In this document: positions 48,656 to 57,615 of the stretch, piece by piece
How the letters are laid out: each line of letters starts with the position of its first letter
How positions within the stretch are numbered: position 1 is the stretch's first letter
Assembly: GCA_041659205.1 (NCBI GenBank)
Contig: JBAZYS010000003.1
Coordinates: 3,266-67,265 of the forward strand
DNA length: 64,000 bases
From: Minisyncoccota bacterium
GTDB lineage: Bacteria; Patescibacteriota; Minisyncoccia; Phycocordibacterales; UBA9973
Direction of reading: 5' to 3'
Made by a program: the position numbers and the translations under genes
The notes under the pieces: generated by a model
Seen by the model: the letters and a program-made list of their open reading frames with translations, nothing else
Database searches by the model: none
What the model was told of the DNA's origin: nothing

Positions 48656-51358
48656 CTAAACAGTAGAACGAGACTTTACTCGAATTGAGCTTTTTACTTT
48701 ACCTTTTTTGTTTTCAATTAGAAGTTCATTATTTTTTACAGAAACATAAATAGTATCCCCTTTTGAAACTTTATTTGAAATAATGAAAGTCGCCACCGTG
48801 TTTAATATTTTATTTTGAATTAAACGATTAAGTGGTCTCGCCCCAAAATGTGGGTCATAGCCTTCCTTGGCTAGATAAGAAAGGGCCTCATCTGAAATCT
48901 CAAATTTTATCCCCTTACTAACTAAACGAGTAGCGACTACCTTAATTCGCAAATTGACTATTTCTTTAAGAGCCTCTTGCGACAAAACATCAAAGACAAT
49001 AATTTCATCCAAGCGATTTAAAAATTCGGGACGAAAATTGTCCTTTAACGTTTCCATAACTTTTTCTTTCATATTTCCATAATCTTGTTTTTGAGAATTA
49101 TTAGAAAAACCAATTGACTCCATTTTTTCCACAAACTGTGAACCAATGTTCGAAGTCAAAATAATAACGGTATTTTTAAAATTAACTACTCTTCCTTTTC
49201 CATCAGTCAGTCTTCCTTCATCGATAACTTGCAGAAGCATATTAAAAACTTCAGGATGAGCTTTCTCTATTTCATCAAAAAGAATCACCGAGTATGGGCG
49301 ATGACGCACGGCTTCAGTCAGTTGACCTGCTTCATCATAGCCAACATAACCTGGAGGAGAGCCAATAAGCTTAGACATTGAATGTCTTTCTGTGTACTCA
49401 GACATATCTACTCGAATAATGGCACTATCATCATTGAACATAAATTGCCCCAAGGCCTTCGTAAGCTCTGTCTTCCCGACACCCGTGGGACCCAGGAAAA
49501 TAAACGAACCAATGGGCCTATTGGGGTCACCAATGCCTGCACGAGAACGACGAACGACATCTGCCACTCTTTTTATCGCAGCATCTTGACCAACAACTCT
49601 CTTCTCCAATTCATCTTCCATTTTTTCTAATTTTTCTCTTTCTTCTTCAAGCATTTTGTTTAATGGAATACCTGTCCAGCGAGCAACCACTTCTGCGATA
49701 TCTTCAGCAGTTATTTCTTCTTTTAAAATTCTTCGTGATTTTTGTAATTTCTTTAATCGGGCAAGTTTTATTTCAAGCTCTTTTTTTAATGCTGGTAATT
49801 TCCCATAACGTATCTCCGCCGCCAGAGAAAGATCCGCTTTCATTTCAGCCTCTTCTGCCTCTAGCCTTATGCTCTCTATTTCTTTTTTAATGCTCCTAAT
49901 TTCAAGTACAATTGTTTTTTCGTTTTGCCACTTTAATTCAAGCTCTTTTGTTTTCTCAGACAAATTTCCAATTTCTTTATCAATCTCTTTTATCCTGTTT
50001 TTATTTTCTTGAATTTTTTGTTTATCTTGATGTTTATCTCCACTCGAAAAATTTATTTCTTTTTTGAGAGCTTCTTTTTCAATTTCAAAACGCATTATTT
50101 TTCTATGAGCATCTTCTAAAACAGGTGGCTTATTTTCTAGCATTATCTTCAATGACGAAGAAGCCTCATCTATTAAGTCCACTGCTTTATCTGGTAAAAA
50201 TCTATTCGTAATATAACGAGAAGAAAGATTCACTGCTGCAACTATCGCGTCATCTGTAATCCGAACTCCATGGAAAAGTTCATATCTTTCTTTGAGCCCA
50301 CGCAAAATAGCAAAAGCATCTTCGATACTAGGTTCATCAATATAAACTGGCTGAAAACGACGAGCGAGTGCAGGATCCTTTTCAATGTGTTTTTGATATT
50401 CTCGCAAAGTTGTCGCCCCTATTGCCCGCAATTCTCCACGAGAAAGCGCTGGCTTTAACATATTGGAAGCATCCATCGTGCCTTCTGCCCCACCCGCACC
50501 AACGATAGTGTGAATCTCATCTATAAAAAGAATTATCTTACCGTCTGACCGTTCAATTTCCTTCATTATACCTTTTAACCTTTCCTCAAATTCTCCACGA
50601 TATTTTGTTCCCGCCACAAGCATTCCTAAATCAAGAGAAACAAGGTCCTTATCTTTTAAAGATTCTGGAACACTGTTTTTTGCAATCATTTGAGCAAGGC
50701 CCTCCACGACAGCAGTTTTACCTGTACCGGCCTCCCCTATTAATATAGGATTATTCTTGGTCCTTCTAGAGAGTATTTGCATAATGCGTGTTATTTCATT
50801 GTCACGCCCGATGACCGGATCTAATTTATCTTCTTTCGCTAACTTAGTTAGATTGCGAGTGTATTTTATAAGTAATTTAAATTGTTTTGGGGGAGTCGCC
50901 TCAGTAATATTTTGACTGCGAAGTTCTTCTAAAACTTTCACTACTTGGTCTTTATGAATTTTAAATTTGGAAAGCGTCTCTCGTGCCTCACTCGTAACAT
51001 CAAGCACAGCAATAAAAAGATGTTCCGTAGAAACAAAATCATCTTTCATATATTCTGCTAATTTTACTGATTGCTCAATTACCTGAGCTAAATCTGGATT
51101 AAGATAAATCTGATAAGAAGGAGAAATAGTACTGTGATTTTCTGGTAACTCAATTAATTCTAAAACAGAATCAGTCAGAAGCATCGTATCAATTTCCAAT
51201 TTATCTAAAATAGAATTTACCATTGACTCTTCCTGAAGTAGAAGCGCTGCAAGTAAATGAAGTGCTGAGACATGATTTACTCCACGCTCAATAGCGAGCT
51301 CATGAGCCTTCTTGATTGCATCTTTTGCTTTAGTTGTAAATTTATTTAATGGTGGCAT
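48656..51358 (-). CDS. clpB: ATP-dependent chaperone ClpB
   Basis: Two AAA+ modules ([16 protein letters not shown]) and a long coiled-coil middle domain. Confidence 0.96.
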   Translation of the reverse strand: MPPLNKFTTKAKDAIKKAHELAIERGVNHVSALHLLAALLLQEESMVNSILDKLEIDTMLLTDSVLELIELPENHSTISPSYQIYLNPDLAQVIEQSVKLAEYMKDDFVSTEHLFIAVLDVTSEARETLSKFKIHKDQVVKVLEELRSQNITEATPPKQFKLLIKYTRNLTKLAKEDKLDPVIGRDNEITRIMQILSRRTKNNPILIGEAGTGKTAVVEGLAQMIAKNSVPESLKDKDLVSLDLGMLVAGTKYRGEFEERLKGIMKEIERSDGKIILFIDEIHTIVGAGGAEGTMDASNMLKPALSRGELRAIGATTLREYQKHIEKDPALARRFQPVYIDEPSIEDAFAILRGLKERYELFHGVRITDDAIVAAVNLSSRYITNRFLPDKAVDLIDEASSSLKIMLENKPPVLEDAHRKIMRFEIEKEALKKEINFSSGDKHQDKQKIQENKNRIKEIDKEIGNLSEKTKELELKWQNEKTIVLEIRSIKKEIESIRLEAEEAEMKADLSLAAEIRYGKLPALKKELEIKLARLKKLQKSRRILKEEITAEDIAEVVARWTGIPLNKMLEEEREKLEKMEDELEKRVVGQDAAIKRVADVVRRSRAGIGDPNRPIGSFIFLGPTGVGKTELTKALGQFMFNDDSAIIRVDMSEYTERHSMSKLIGSPPGYVGYDEAGQLTEAVRHRPYSVILFDEIEKAHPEVFNMLLQVIDEGRLTDGKGRVVNFKNTVIILTSNIGSQFVEKMESIGFSNNSQKQDYGNMKEKVMETLKDNFRPEFLNRLDEIIVFDVLSQEALKEIVNLRIKVVATRLVSKGIKFEISDEALSYLAKEGYDPHFGARPLNRLIQNKILNTVATFIISNKVSKGDTIYVSVKNNELLIENKKGKVKSSIRVKSRSTV

Positions 51359-51402
51359 ATATATAAGTTAAAAAGTTGTAAAATTAATGAGAAACAAAAA
51401 AA

Positions 51403-52185
51403 TTAGAAAGCTTTAGGAGCTGGTGCATCAGAACCCTTTAGGGCACTCGTAATGCTTTCAATTGAAGAAAAAGAGGAAGTATCAGGAGAAAGTGCTATAC
51501 CTAACACTTCGCCATCTAAATTAAGAACTAGAGAACCTATGTTTGATTTTGAAACAGTTATATCAATATTCTTATTTGAATTCAAGCCTTCAAACATAAA
51601 AGAAGTTGTAGTATTTCCTATTACTAGAACCTTCTGTCCGATTTTCATTTTACTTAAGTCTCCAAATGTTGGAACAGTATAACTAAGTTTGTCAGTTCCA
51701 TTAACAGCAGCTCCTACTTTAATAAAAGAAAACCCTTCCTTATTCGTCGAAACAAAATCAGCTTTAAATTTTCCACTATCATTTTTAACATAATAAACTC
51801 CCTTGTCCGGCACGAGTGAAGCATCAACGACGACAGTATCATCAGTGGAAACTACAAACCCTCTCCCAGCAGAGACTTCAACAGTTTTCAGATCTATGTC
51901 TTGTGTTTCTTTTGTAATAGAAAATACTGAAGATTTATTTTTAGCAATTGCATCCACTACCAAATCTTCTTCCTTAACGACGACAGTCTGCACTGTAGTC
52001 TTGCCTTCCACTTGCTGAATTTTCTCAATTGTTTGTTGGACGACACGATTTATCGGCGCAGTAAAAGACACGGGTGCTTGTTGCATCAAGGTCACAGTCG
52101 TAATGCCCGTCGCAATAGAAGTAATGAAAGAAAGCAATACTGCGAGCAATATAAGTTGTGATTTATTTAAATCTTTAATATCCAT
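51403..52185 (-). CDS. Membrane-anchored trypsin/HtrA-like protein, probably catalytically inactive
   Basis: GRGFVVS, KIGQKVLVIG and LNLDGEVLGI fold motifs; the catalytic His and Ser motifs are degenerate. Confidence 0.7.
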   Translation of the reverse strand: MDIKDLNKSQLILLAVLLSFITSIATGITTVTLMQQAPVSFTAPINRVVQQTIEKIQQVEGKTTVQTVVVKEEDLVVDAIAKNKSSVFSITKETQDIDLKTVEVSAGRGFVVSTDDTVVVDASLVPDKGVYYVKNDSGKFKADFVSTNKEGFSFIKVGAAVNGTDKLSYTVPTFGDLSKMKIGQKVLVIGNTTTSFMFEGLNSNKNIDITVSKSNIGSLVLNLDGEVLGIALSPDTSSFSSIESITSALKGSDAPAPKAF

Positions 52186-52188
52186 TTC

Positions 52189-53523
52189 TCAATTATACCA
52201 TTTTTTTAGCTTTGTCAAAACTTGAGATAAAACTTTAATTGTGTAGTCAATATCTTTCTTTGTAGTCTGCCTGCCCATTGAAAAACGAAGTCCGCCTATC
52301 TCTCTATCTATCTCTGGATGTATTGCTTTTATAACGTATGAGCCTTCTACGTTGGAACTTTTACAAGCACTCTTTGAAGAAGCCATAACACCCTTCGCAG
52401 AAAGTTCTATAACTAAAAGGTCACTTTGAATTTTAGGAAATGTTACGTTCACATTGTTCGGTAATCTATTTTTTAGATCGCCGTTAAATATATGCGGAGC
52501 AAAAGAATGATTTTTGAATGGTCTGGGGATTTTTTCCGAGGACCTGAAAAAATTATTCTTTTGCGAAGCTAATAACTTTTTAAAAAAATAATCACGAAGT
52601 TTTGTTAAGCGTTTGCTTTCTTTTTCTTTAATATCTTGTGCTAATTTTAATGCATTAGAAAATTTCAAAATTTCTGCTAAATTTTCTGTCCCTGGACGTA
52701 ATCCCATTTCTTGGTCTCCCCCACCATATACATTTGCAAGTTTAACCATTTTTCTTTTATAAAGAACTCCGACTTTCCCCCCACCTTCAATCTTCGAACC
52801 AGATAATGAAAGTAAATCCACGCCGAGTCTCTCTACATTAAGATCTAAATAATTAACAGCCTGCACTGCATCAGTATGAAATAAAGGTAAAGAAAATGAA
52901 GGAAATAATTTCTTTGAATGGTCTGGGGATTTTTTCCGAGGACCTGAAAAAAAATTGATTTCCTTCATTTTCTTAAAATGCCTAATCTCTTTTGCGATCT
53001 CACGAATCGTCTGTATTGTGCCTATTTCGTTATTCGCATACATTACCGAAACAAGTATTGTATTGGTCTTAATTTCTTTTTTTATTTTTTTGGGATCCAC
53101 TATTCCATTCTCCTCAACAGGGACAATTGAAATTTCCACAAGTTTTCTTTTTTCTAATAATTTAAAAGTTTCAAGCACTGAGGGATGTTCAATGTTTGTG
53201 GTTATAATGTGCGGAAGGAGTTGTTTGGTAGTTTTTGAAATGCCTTGCGCAGGCTGACGAGCCGAGCAGAGCAATTCGCCAACAGGCGAATATGTGTGCA
53301 TTTCAAAAATTGACCAAACAACTCCTTGTATCGCAAGATTGTTACTTTCTGTACCCCCACTCGTAAAAATTATTTCTTCAGGTCTAGATCCCAAAACACT
53401 CGCCACAGCTTTGCGCGCATTTTGAAGTTTATTTTTTGCATCTACCCCGAGAGAATGAATTGAGCTAGGATTTGCTTCTACGCTAGCAGCGTAATCTAGG
53501 TATATTTTGTTTGATTTAACCAT
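52189..53523 (-). CDS. iscS: Cysteine desulfurase (IscS/NifS) with three in-frame palindromic insertions
   Basis: YLDYAA, FTSGGTESNN, EHPSV, NNEIGT, HTDAVQA, RPGTEN and SAC motifs. Confidence 0.93.
   Translation of the reverse strand: MVKSNKIYLDYAASVEANPSSIHSLGVDAKNKLQNARKAVASVLGSRPEEIIFTSGGTESNNLAIQGVVWSIFEMHTYSPVGELLCSARQPAQGISKTTKQLLPHIITTNIEHPSVLETFKLLEKRKLVEISIVPVEENGIVDPKKIKKEIKTNTILVSVMYANNEIGTIQTIREIAKEIRHFKKMKEINFFSGPRKKSPDHSKKLFPSFSLPLFHTDAVQAVNYLDLNVERLGVDLLSLSGSKIEGGGKVGVLYKRKMVKLANVYGGGDQEMGLRPGTENLAEILKFSNALKLAQDIKEKESKRLTKLRDYFFKKLLASQKNNFFRSSEKIPRPFKNHSFAPHIFNGDLKNRLPNNVNVTFPKIQSDLLVIELSAKGVMASSKSACKSSNVEGSYVIKAIHPEIDREIGGLRFSMGRQTTKKDIDYTIKVLSQVLTKLKKWYN
52499..52564 (+). 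repeat. Palindromic element family B, copy 1 (in frame in iscS)
   Basis: 17-bp arms around a 40-nt core shared with 52890-52974. Confidence 0.9.
52890..52974 (+). repeat. Palindromic element family B, copy 2 (in frame in iscS)
   Basis: About 25-bp arms; core TTTGAATGGTCTGGGGATTTTTTCCGAGGACCTGAAAAAA. Confidence 0.9.
53215..53327 (+). repeat. Palindromic element family A, copy 3 (in frame in iscS)
   Basis: 29-bp arms; 37-nt core identical to the copy at 55874. Confidence 0.9.
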
Positions 53524-53547
53524 AAAAATAGTATATATTGAAATTGT

Positions 53548-54012
53548 ATGAATACAAAGCTCGAGATAACTTTTTTTGTTTTAAGCGGAATTGCCATTTT
53601 GGGTACTCTTTTCTGTACTATTTGGATTATTGTTACCGAAAAACGCCTTAAAAAGTTTTTTCTTGGTAAAAAAGCAAAAGATTTAGAAGATACAATTTCT
53701 ATTTTGGAAACTGAAATCAACAAATTAAATAAGGCAAAAGAAGAACTTGAAAAAAATATTGTTACAATAAACTCTAAACTTAAAAAAAGTATCAGAGGAC
53801 TTGAGACCATACGTTTCAATCCTTTCCCTGACCAAGGCAGTAACCAGAGCTTTGCTATTGGAATGCTCAATGAAGAAGGTAGCGGCCTAGTAATTTCAAG
53901 TTTATATTCTCGTGAGAGAATGAGTATCTTTGCTAAACCAATAAAAAATGGAAAATCAGAATACGAACTCACTAATGAGGAAAAAGAGGCTCTAGAAAAA
54001 GCAAAGGTATAA
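53548..54012 (+). CDS. DUF4446-like membrane-anchored protein
   Basis: TM helix and coiled coil, then RFNPF.D.G..QSF...G.VISSLYSRE...FAKP. Confidence 0.85.
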   Translation: MNTKLEITFFVLSGIAILGTLFCTIWIIVTEKRLKKFFLGKKAKDLEDTISILETEINKLNKAKEELEKNIVTINSKLKKSIRGLETIRFNPFPDQGSNQSFAIGMLNEEGSGLVISSLYSRERMSIFAKPIKNGKSEYELTNEEKEALEKAKV

Positions 54013-54018
54013 AAAATT

Positions 54019-55539
54019 ATGAAAACTGATGAAAAAGAAAACAAAATAATTGTACATCCACCTGTCGTGGCTGTAATGGGACATATTGACCATGGAAAAT
54101 CAACCTTACTTGATTACATCAGGAAAACAAATATTACTGAAACTGAAACTGGAGGAATAACTCAGAGAATTTCTGCTTATGAAGTCGTGCATAAAGATGA
54201 AAATGGGCAAAATAGAAAAATAACTTTTCTAGATACACCGGGCCATGAAGCTTTTTCTAAAATGAGGGAACGGGGTGCAGAGATAGCCGATATTGCAATC
54301 CTCGTCGTCTCCGCAGAAGATGGAGTAAAACCTCAAACGATTGAAGCCTGGAAAACTATAACTGAATCCAAAATTCCCTACATTGTTGCTATAAACAAAA
54401 TAGATAAGCCAGGGGCGAATGTTGAAAAAACAAAAATGGAGTTAGCAGAAAATGAAATCTATCTTGAAAATTATGGAGGGACAGTCCCCTTCACAGAAAT
54501 TTCTGCAAAAGATGGTACGGGTGTAGATGATTTGTTGACGCTCATCTTAGTCTTAGCTGATATGGAAAACCTGACTGGAAACAAAAATGAAGAAGCAGCG
54601 GGTTTTGTAATTGAAGTAAACCTAGACTCAAGACGCGGAATCATGGCGAGTTTGGTTATAAAAAACGGCACAATGAGAAAAGGAATGACCGTGGTTGTAG
54701 AAGACAGCATGTGTTCTACCCGTATCATTGAAAACTTTTTAGGTAAAAGTATAGATGAAGCTACGTTCTCTTCCCCTGTGCGTGTCGTAGGCTTCGACAA
54801 GATGCCTAGAGTGGGAGCACCGTTTAAAACTTTTCAAAAAAAATCAGATGCCATTAAATACACAGAAGATTGGAAAGAAGGAAAAATTGCTGAAAAAACA
54901 AAAAATAATAAAACAAGCAATGAAGAAAATACTAAAAAAATAATACCGATAATATTAAAAGCGGATGTTTCAGGTTCTATTGAGGCTATCGAAAAAGAAA
55001 TAGCTAAAATCAGAAATGATAATGCTGAATTTAAAATTGTTGTAAAAGGCATCGGACCAATCACTGAATCTGATATAAAAGGAGTGTCCCAAGGAGCGGA
55101 TGCAATAGTCATCGGTTTTAACGTTAAAACAGACAAAAGTGCACTCGAAGTCGCCGAAAAAAGAGGCATTACAATCTCCTTTTTTGAAATTATTTACAAA
55201 ATGACCGAATGGCTTGAAGAACAAATGGAAATACGAAGACCAAAGATTGAAACCATGGAAACAACTGGCCAAGCGAAAATTATTCGCGCTTTCAGCCGTA
55301 CTAAAGAACGTCAGATAGTCGGAGGCAAAGTAACTGTGGGTCAAATTAACTTAAATAGCACTGTCAGAATTATGCGCCGTGAATTTGAAATTGGTCGTGC
55401 AAAAATAATTAACTTAGAAAAAAGTAAAGTTAAAACAAGCACCGTCGAGGAGGGTGCTGAGTTCGGAATGATGATTGAATCAAAGATTGAAGTCGTCGCT
55501 GGAGATATATTGGAATCATTCTCCGTAATTCAAAAATAA
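54019..55539 (+). CDS. infB: Translation initiation factor IF-2 (short form)
   Basis: [23 protein letters not shown] and NKID motifs; no N-terminal domain. Confidence 0.97.
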   Translation: MKTDEKENKIIVHPPVVAVMGHIDHGKSTLLDYIRKTNITETETGGITQRISAYEVVHKDENGQNRKITFLDTPGHEAFSKMRERGAEIADIAILVVSAEDGVKPQTIEAWKTITESKIPYIVAINKIDKPGANVEKTKMELAENEIYLENYGGTVPFTEISAKDGTGVDDLLTLILVLADMENLTGNKNEEAAGFVIEVNLDSRRGIMASLVIKNGTMRKGMTVVVEDSMCSTRIIENFLGKSIDEATFSSPVRVVGFDKMPRVGAPFKTFQKKSDAIKYTEDWKEGKIAEKTKNNKTSNEENTKKIIPIILKADVSGSIEAIEKEIAKIRNDNAEFKIVVKGIGPITESDIKGVSQGADAIVIGFNVKTDKSALEVAEKRGITISFFEIIYKMTEWLEEQMEIRRPKIETMETTGQAKIIRAFSRTKERQIVGGKVTVGQINLNSTVRIMRREFEIGRAKIINLEKSKVKTSTVEEGAEFGMMIESKIEVVAGDILESFSVIQK

Positions 55540-55540
55540 T

Positions 55541-55873
55541 ATGGGAGAAGAAAATAAAAGAACTGAAAAAGTGTCTAATGCCATCAAGGAGCTCGCTGCT
55601 CAGTTCCTAGGACGCGAGAACAATAGAACTTCTCTCATCACTGTAACTTCTGCCAATGTCTCCCCTGACCTGAAGCGCGCGACTATCTTCATCACAGTCC
55701 TACCTGATTCCAAAGAACATGATGCACTTGAATTCGCAAAAAGAAAAAGAGCAGAACTTCGAGATTTTTTGAAAAAGAATATGCCGATAAAAGTAATCCC
55801 TTTTGTTGACATAATGATTGATAAAGGAGAAAAAAATCGTCAGAAAATTGACGAACTGCTCCGAAATGGTTAA
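55541..55873 (+). CDS. rbfA: Ribosome-binding factor A
   Basis: ITVT...VSPDLKRATIF; follows infB. Confidence 0.93.
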   Translation: MGEENKRTEKVSNAIKELAAQFLGRENNRTSLITVTSANVSPDLKRATIFITVLPDSKEHDALEFAKRKRAELRDFLKKNMPIKVIPFVDIMIDKGEKNRQKIDELLRNG

Positions 55874-55984
55874 ACTTCTTCAAATAGTCTTTGAAAAATG
55901 CCTTGCGCAGGCTGACGAGCCGAGCAGAGCAAATTTTCAGCAGAAAATTATGTGTGCATTTTGAGAAGAGCTATTTGAAGAAGT
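55874..55984 (+). repeat. Palindromic element family A, copy 4 (between rbfA and tRNA-Cys)
   Basis: ACTTCTTCAAATAG/CTATTTGAAGAAGT arms around the same core as 53215-53327. Confidence 0.9.
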
Positions 55985-55990
55985 CTAAAT

Positions 55991-56062
55991 GGCCTGGTAG
56001 CCAAGTGGTAAGGCATTCCTCTGCAAAAGGAATATACGGCGGTTCGATTCCGCCCCAGGCCT
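55991..56062 (+). tRNA. tRNA-Cys (GCA)
   Basis: GGCCTGG/CCAGGCC acceptor stem, TTCCT-CTGCAAA-AGGAA, GGTTCGATTCC, U discriminator. Confidence 0.95.
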
Positions 56063-56123
56063 CAAGAGATTAAGTTTTTAATTTCTTTTTGTTCTTTATA
56101 TGCTAGAATGTTTTAGTATAATT

Positions 56124-56205
56124 GCCCGGATGGCGGAATTGGTATACGCGCACGACTTAAAATCGTGTCTCGTAAGGGATGTGGGTTCGACTCCCACTCC
56201 GGGCA
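56124..56205 (+). tRNA. tRNA-Leu (TAA)
   Basis: GCCCGGA/TCCGGGC acceptor stem, CACGA-CTTAAAA-TCGTG, long variable arm. Confidence 0.95.
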
Positions 56206-56210
56206 CCGCA

Positions 56211-56322
56211 CGGAAATAAGCAAATTTATTTGCTTATGTGTGGGAGTCGAAAGGATTTTCGTTATTGAGCGGAGCGAAATCGAAAATCACCTGGCTATGT
56301 AATAGCCGACTCCTCCGGGCAC
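56211..56322 (+). repeat. tRNA-trailing structured element, copy 2
   Basis: AAGCAAATTTATTTGCTT; GTGGGAGTCGAA (antisense to the tRNA-Leu T-arm); GGCTAT-GTA-ATAGCC; CGACTCC-TCCGGGCAC (copy of the tRNA 3' end). Confidence 0.8.
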
Positions 56323-56414
56323 ACAACTTAATAATTAATTTTGCGCCCTTGGCTGTTTTGGTAGGTCGTTAGATTAGGTAATTAAGTTATGTCGAAGTAG
56401 AATAAAAAATAAAT

Positions 56415-56487
56415 GCGTCCATAGCTCAGCTGGTAGAGCAGATCCCTCTTAAGGATAAGGTCGGAGGTTCGATCCCTCCTGGACGCA
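56415..56487 (+). tRNA. tRNA-Lys (CTT)
   Basis: GCGTCCA/TGGACGC acceptor stem, ATCC-CTCTTAA-GGAT, GGTTCGATCCC. Confidence 0.93.
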
Positions 56488-56512
56488 CAGCATTAAAATA
56501 TAATGCAAATTT

Positions 56513-56594
56513 GCTGGGATGGCGGAATTGGTATACGCGCTAGTCTTAGGAACTAGTGGGGCAACCCTTGGGAGTTCGAGTCTCCCTCCCAGCA
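56513..56594 (+). tRNA. tRNA-Leu (TAG)
   Basis: GCTGGGA/TCCCAGC acceptor stem, CTAGT-CTTAGGA-ACTAG, long variable arm. Confidence 0.95.
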
Positions 56595-56610
56595 CATAAT
56601 AGTTGAGTTA

Positions 56611-56642
56611 AAGCCCCCATAGCTTATAGGCTATGGGGGCTT
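56611..56642 (+). terminator. Strong hairpin after the tRNA cluster
   Basis: AAGCCCCCATAGC-ttatag-GCTATGGGGGCTT. Confidence 0.7.
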
Positions 56643-56677
56643 GACATTTGTATGGATAAGTGCTATACTTCTCTTAT

Positions 56678-57439
56678 ATGAATACAACAAAAAACAATTC
56701 AATAGTTTTCGGCTTGAAAATGTTGTCTATTTTGGCATTTAGCCTATTAGTTATACCTGCGACAGCTTCAGCTACCCTGGCTTTTACCCCTACCCCAAGT
56801 GAAAATCCAGCACCAATGGTTAACTCAATAAGCCCAGATTCTAAAAACAGAAATGACAACGTTAATACGATAACAATTACAGGAAGTGGATTTATCTCAA
56901 ATTCTGTAGCTAGGGTAAATGGACAAGTACGTCCTACTGTCTTTATTGATGCTTCTCATCTCTCACTTCAGTTAATTGGGAATGATGCATATAATCCTGA
57001 CGGACTTTATATTAATGTCTTTAATGAATTGCCAGGAGGAGGGTACTCAAATGCTGCTTTCTTCAAAACAAATATGATTGTCCCTGCAACTACAAATACA
57101 GGAAATACAAATGGGAACACCAGCAACAATAACTATGGTAATGCAAACACAAACGGAAATACAAATAACACTAATTCTTCTGCATCAAAAAATACCAAAA
57201 ACAGTAACACGAGTACTTCTACAAACAACAACCAAACAAAAAGTTCGACTACTACTGATGCAAACTCAAACTATAGCAACCTAGCATCTAATGCAATATT
57301 TGGAACAAATGGTTTTATGCCAACTGGCCTAATACAATGGATATTGTTTGCGATAATCGTATTACTACTTATTATTTTAGTTAGAAAAATCTTTGGTGGT
57401 AAAAAGAATTACGACGAAGCACCTATGAAGCACGCGTAA
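56678..57439 (+). CDS. Surface protein with an IPT/TIG domain, Asn/Thr/Ser linker and C-terminal TM helix
   Basis: Signal peptide; P.VNSISP...ITITGSGF; TTGACA-17-TATACT promoter. Confidence 0.85.
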   Translation: MNTTKNNSIVFGLKMLSILAFSLLVIPATASATLAFTPTPSENPAPMVNSISPDSKNRNDNVNTITITGSGFISNSVARVNGQVRPTVFIDASHLSLQLIGNDAYNPDGLYINVFNELPGGGYSNAAFFKTNMIVPATTNTGNTNGNTSNNNYGNANTNGNTNNTNSSASKNTKNSNTSTSTNNNQTKSSTTTDANSNYSNLASNAIFGTNGFMPTGLIQWILFAIIVLLLIILVRKIFGGKKNYDEAPMKHA

Positions 57440-57615
57440 TAACTATTATAAAATAAAGACATTTTCAAGAAAGTCAGCCCCGCAAGGGGTTGACTTTTCT
57501 GTTATTGTATGATACAATATATACGACTAGGCTCTCTGACAAAAGAATAGAAACCAAACAACTCGCACCCACAATAGTGCCCAACGCGCCTTTGAGCGTA
57601 AAGAAAGGTAAGACA

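Noticed and set aside
53254-53275. CTGACGA in the family A core resembles the hammerhead ribozyme CUGANGA box
   Set aside because: There is no correctly placed GAAA after a stem II, and other copies read CTGTCGA and GCGACGG, preserving a hairpin rather than the catalytic bases.
53496-54044. 182-aa minus-strand ORF
   Set aside because: It is the antisense shadow of the DUF4446-like gene.
55891-56073. 60-aa ORF after rbfA
   Set aside because: It overlaps palindromic element copy 4 and tRNA-Cys, so it is judged spurious.
57070-57280. Asn/Thr-rich low-complexity DNA as a repeat array
   Set aside because: It is an ordinary linker of a surface protein with no regular nucleotide period.
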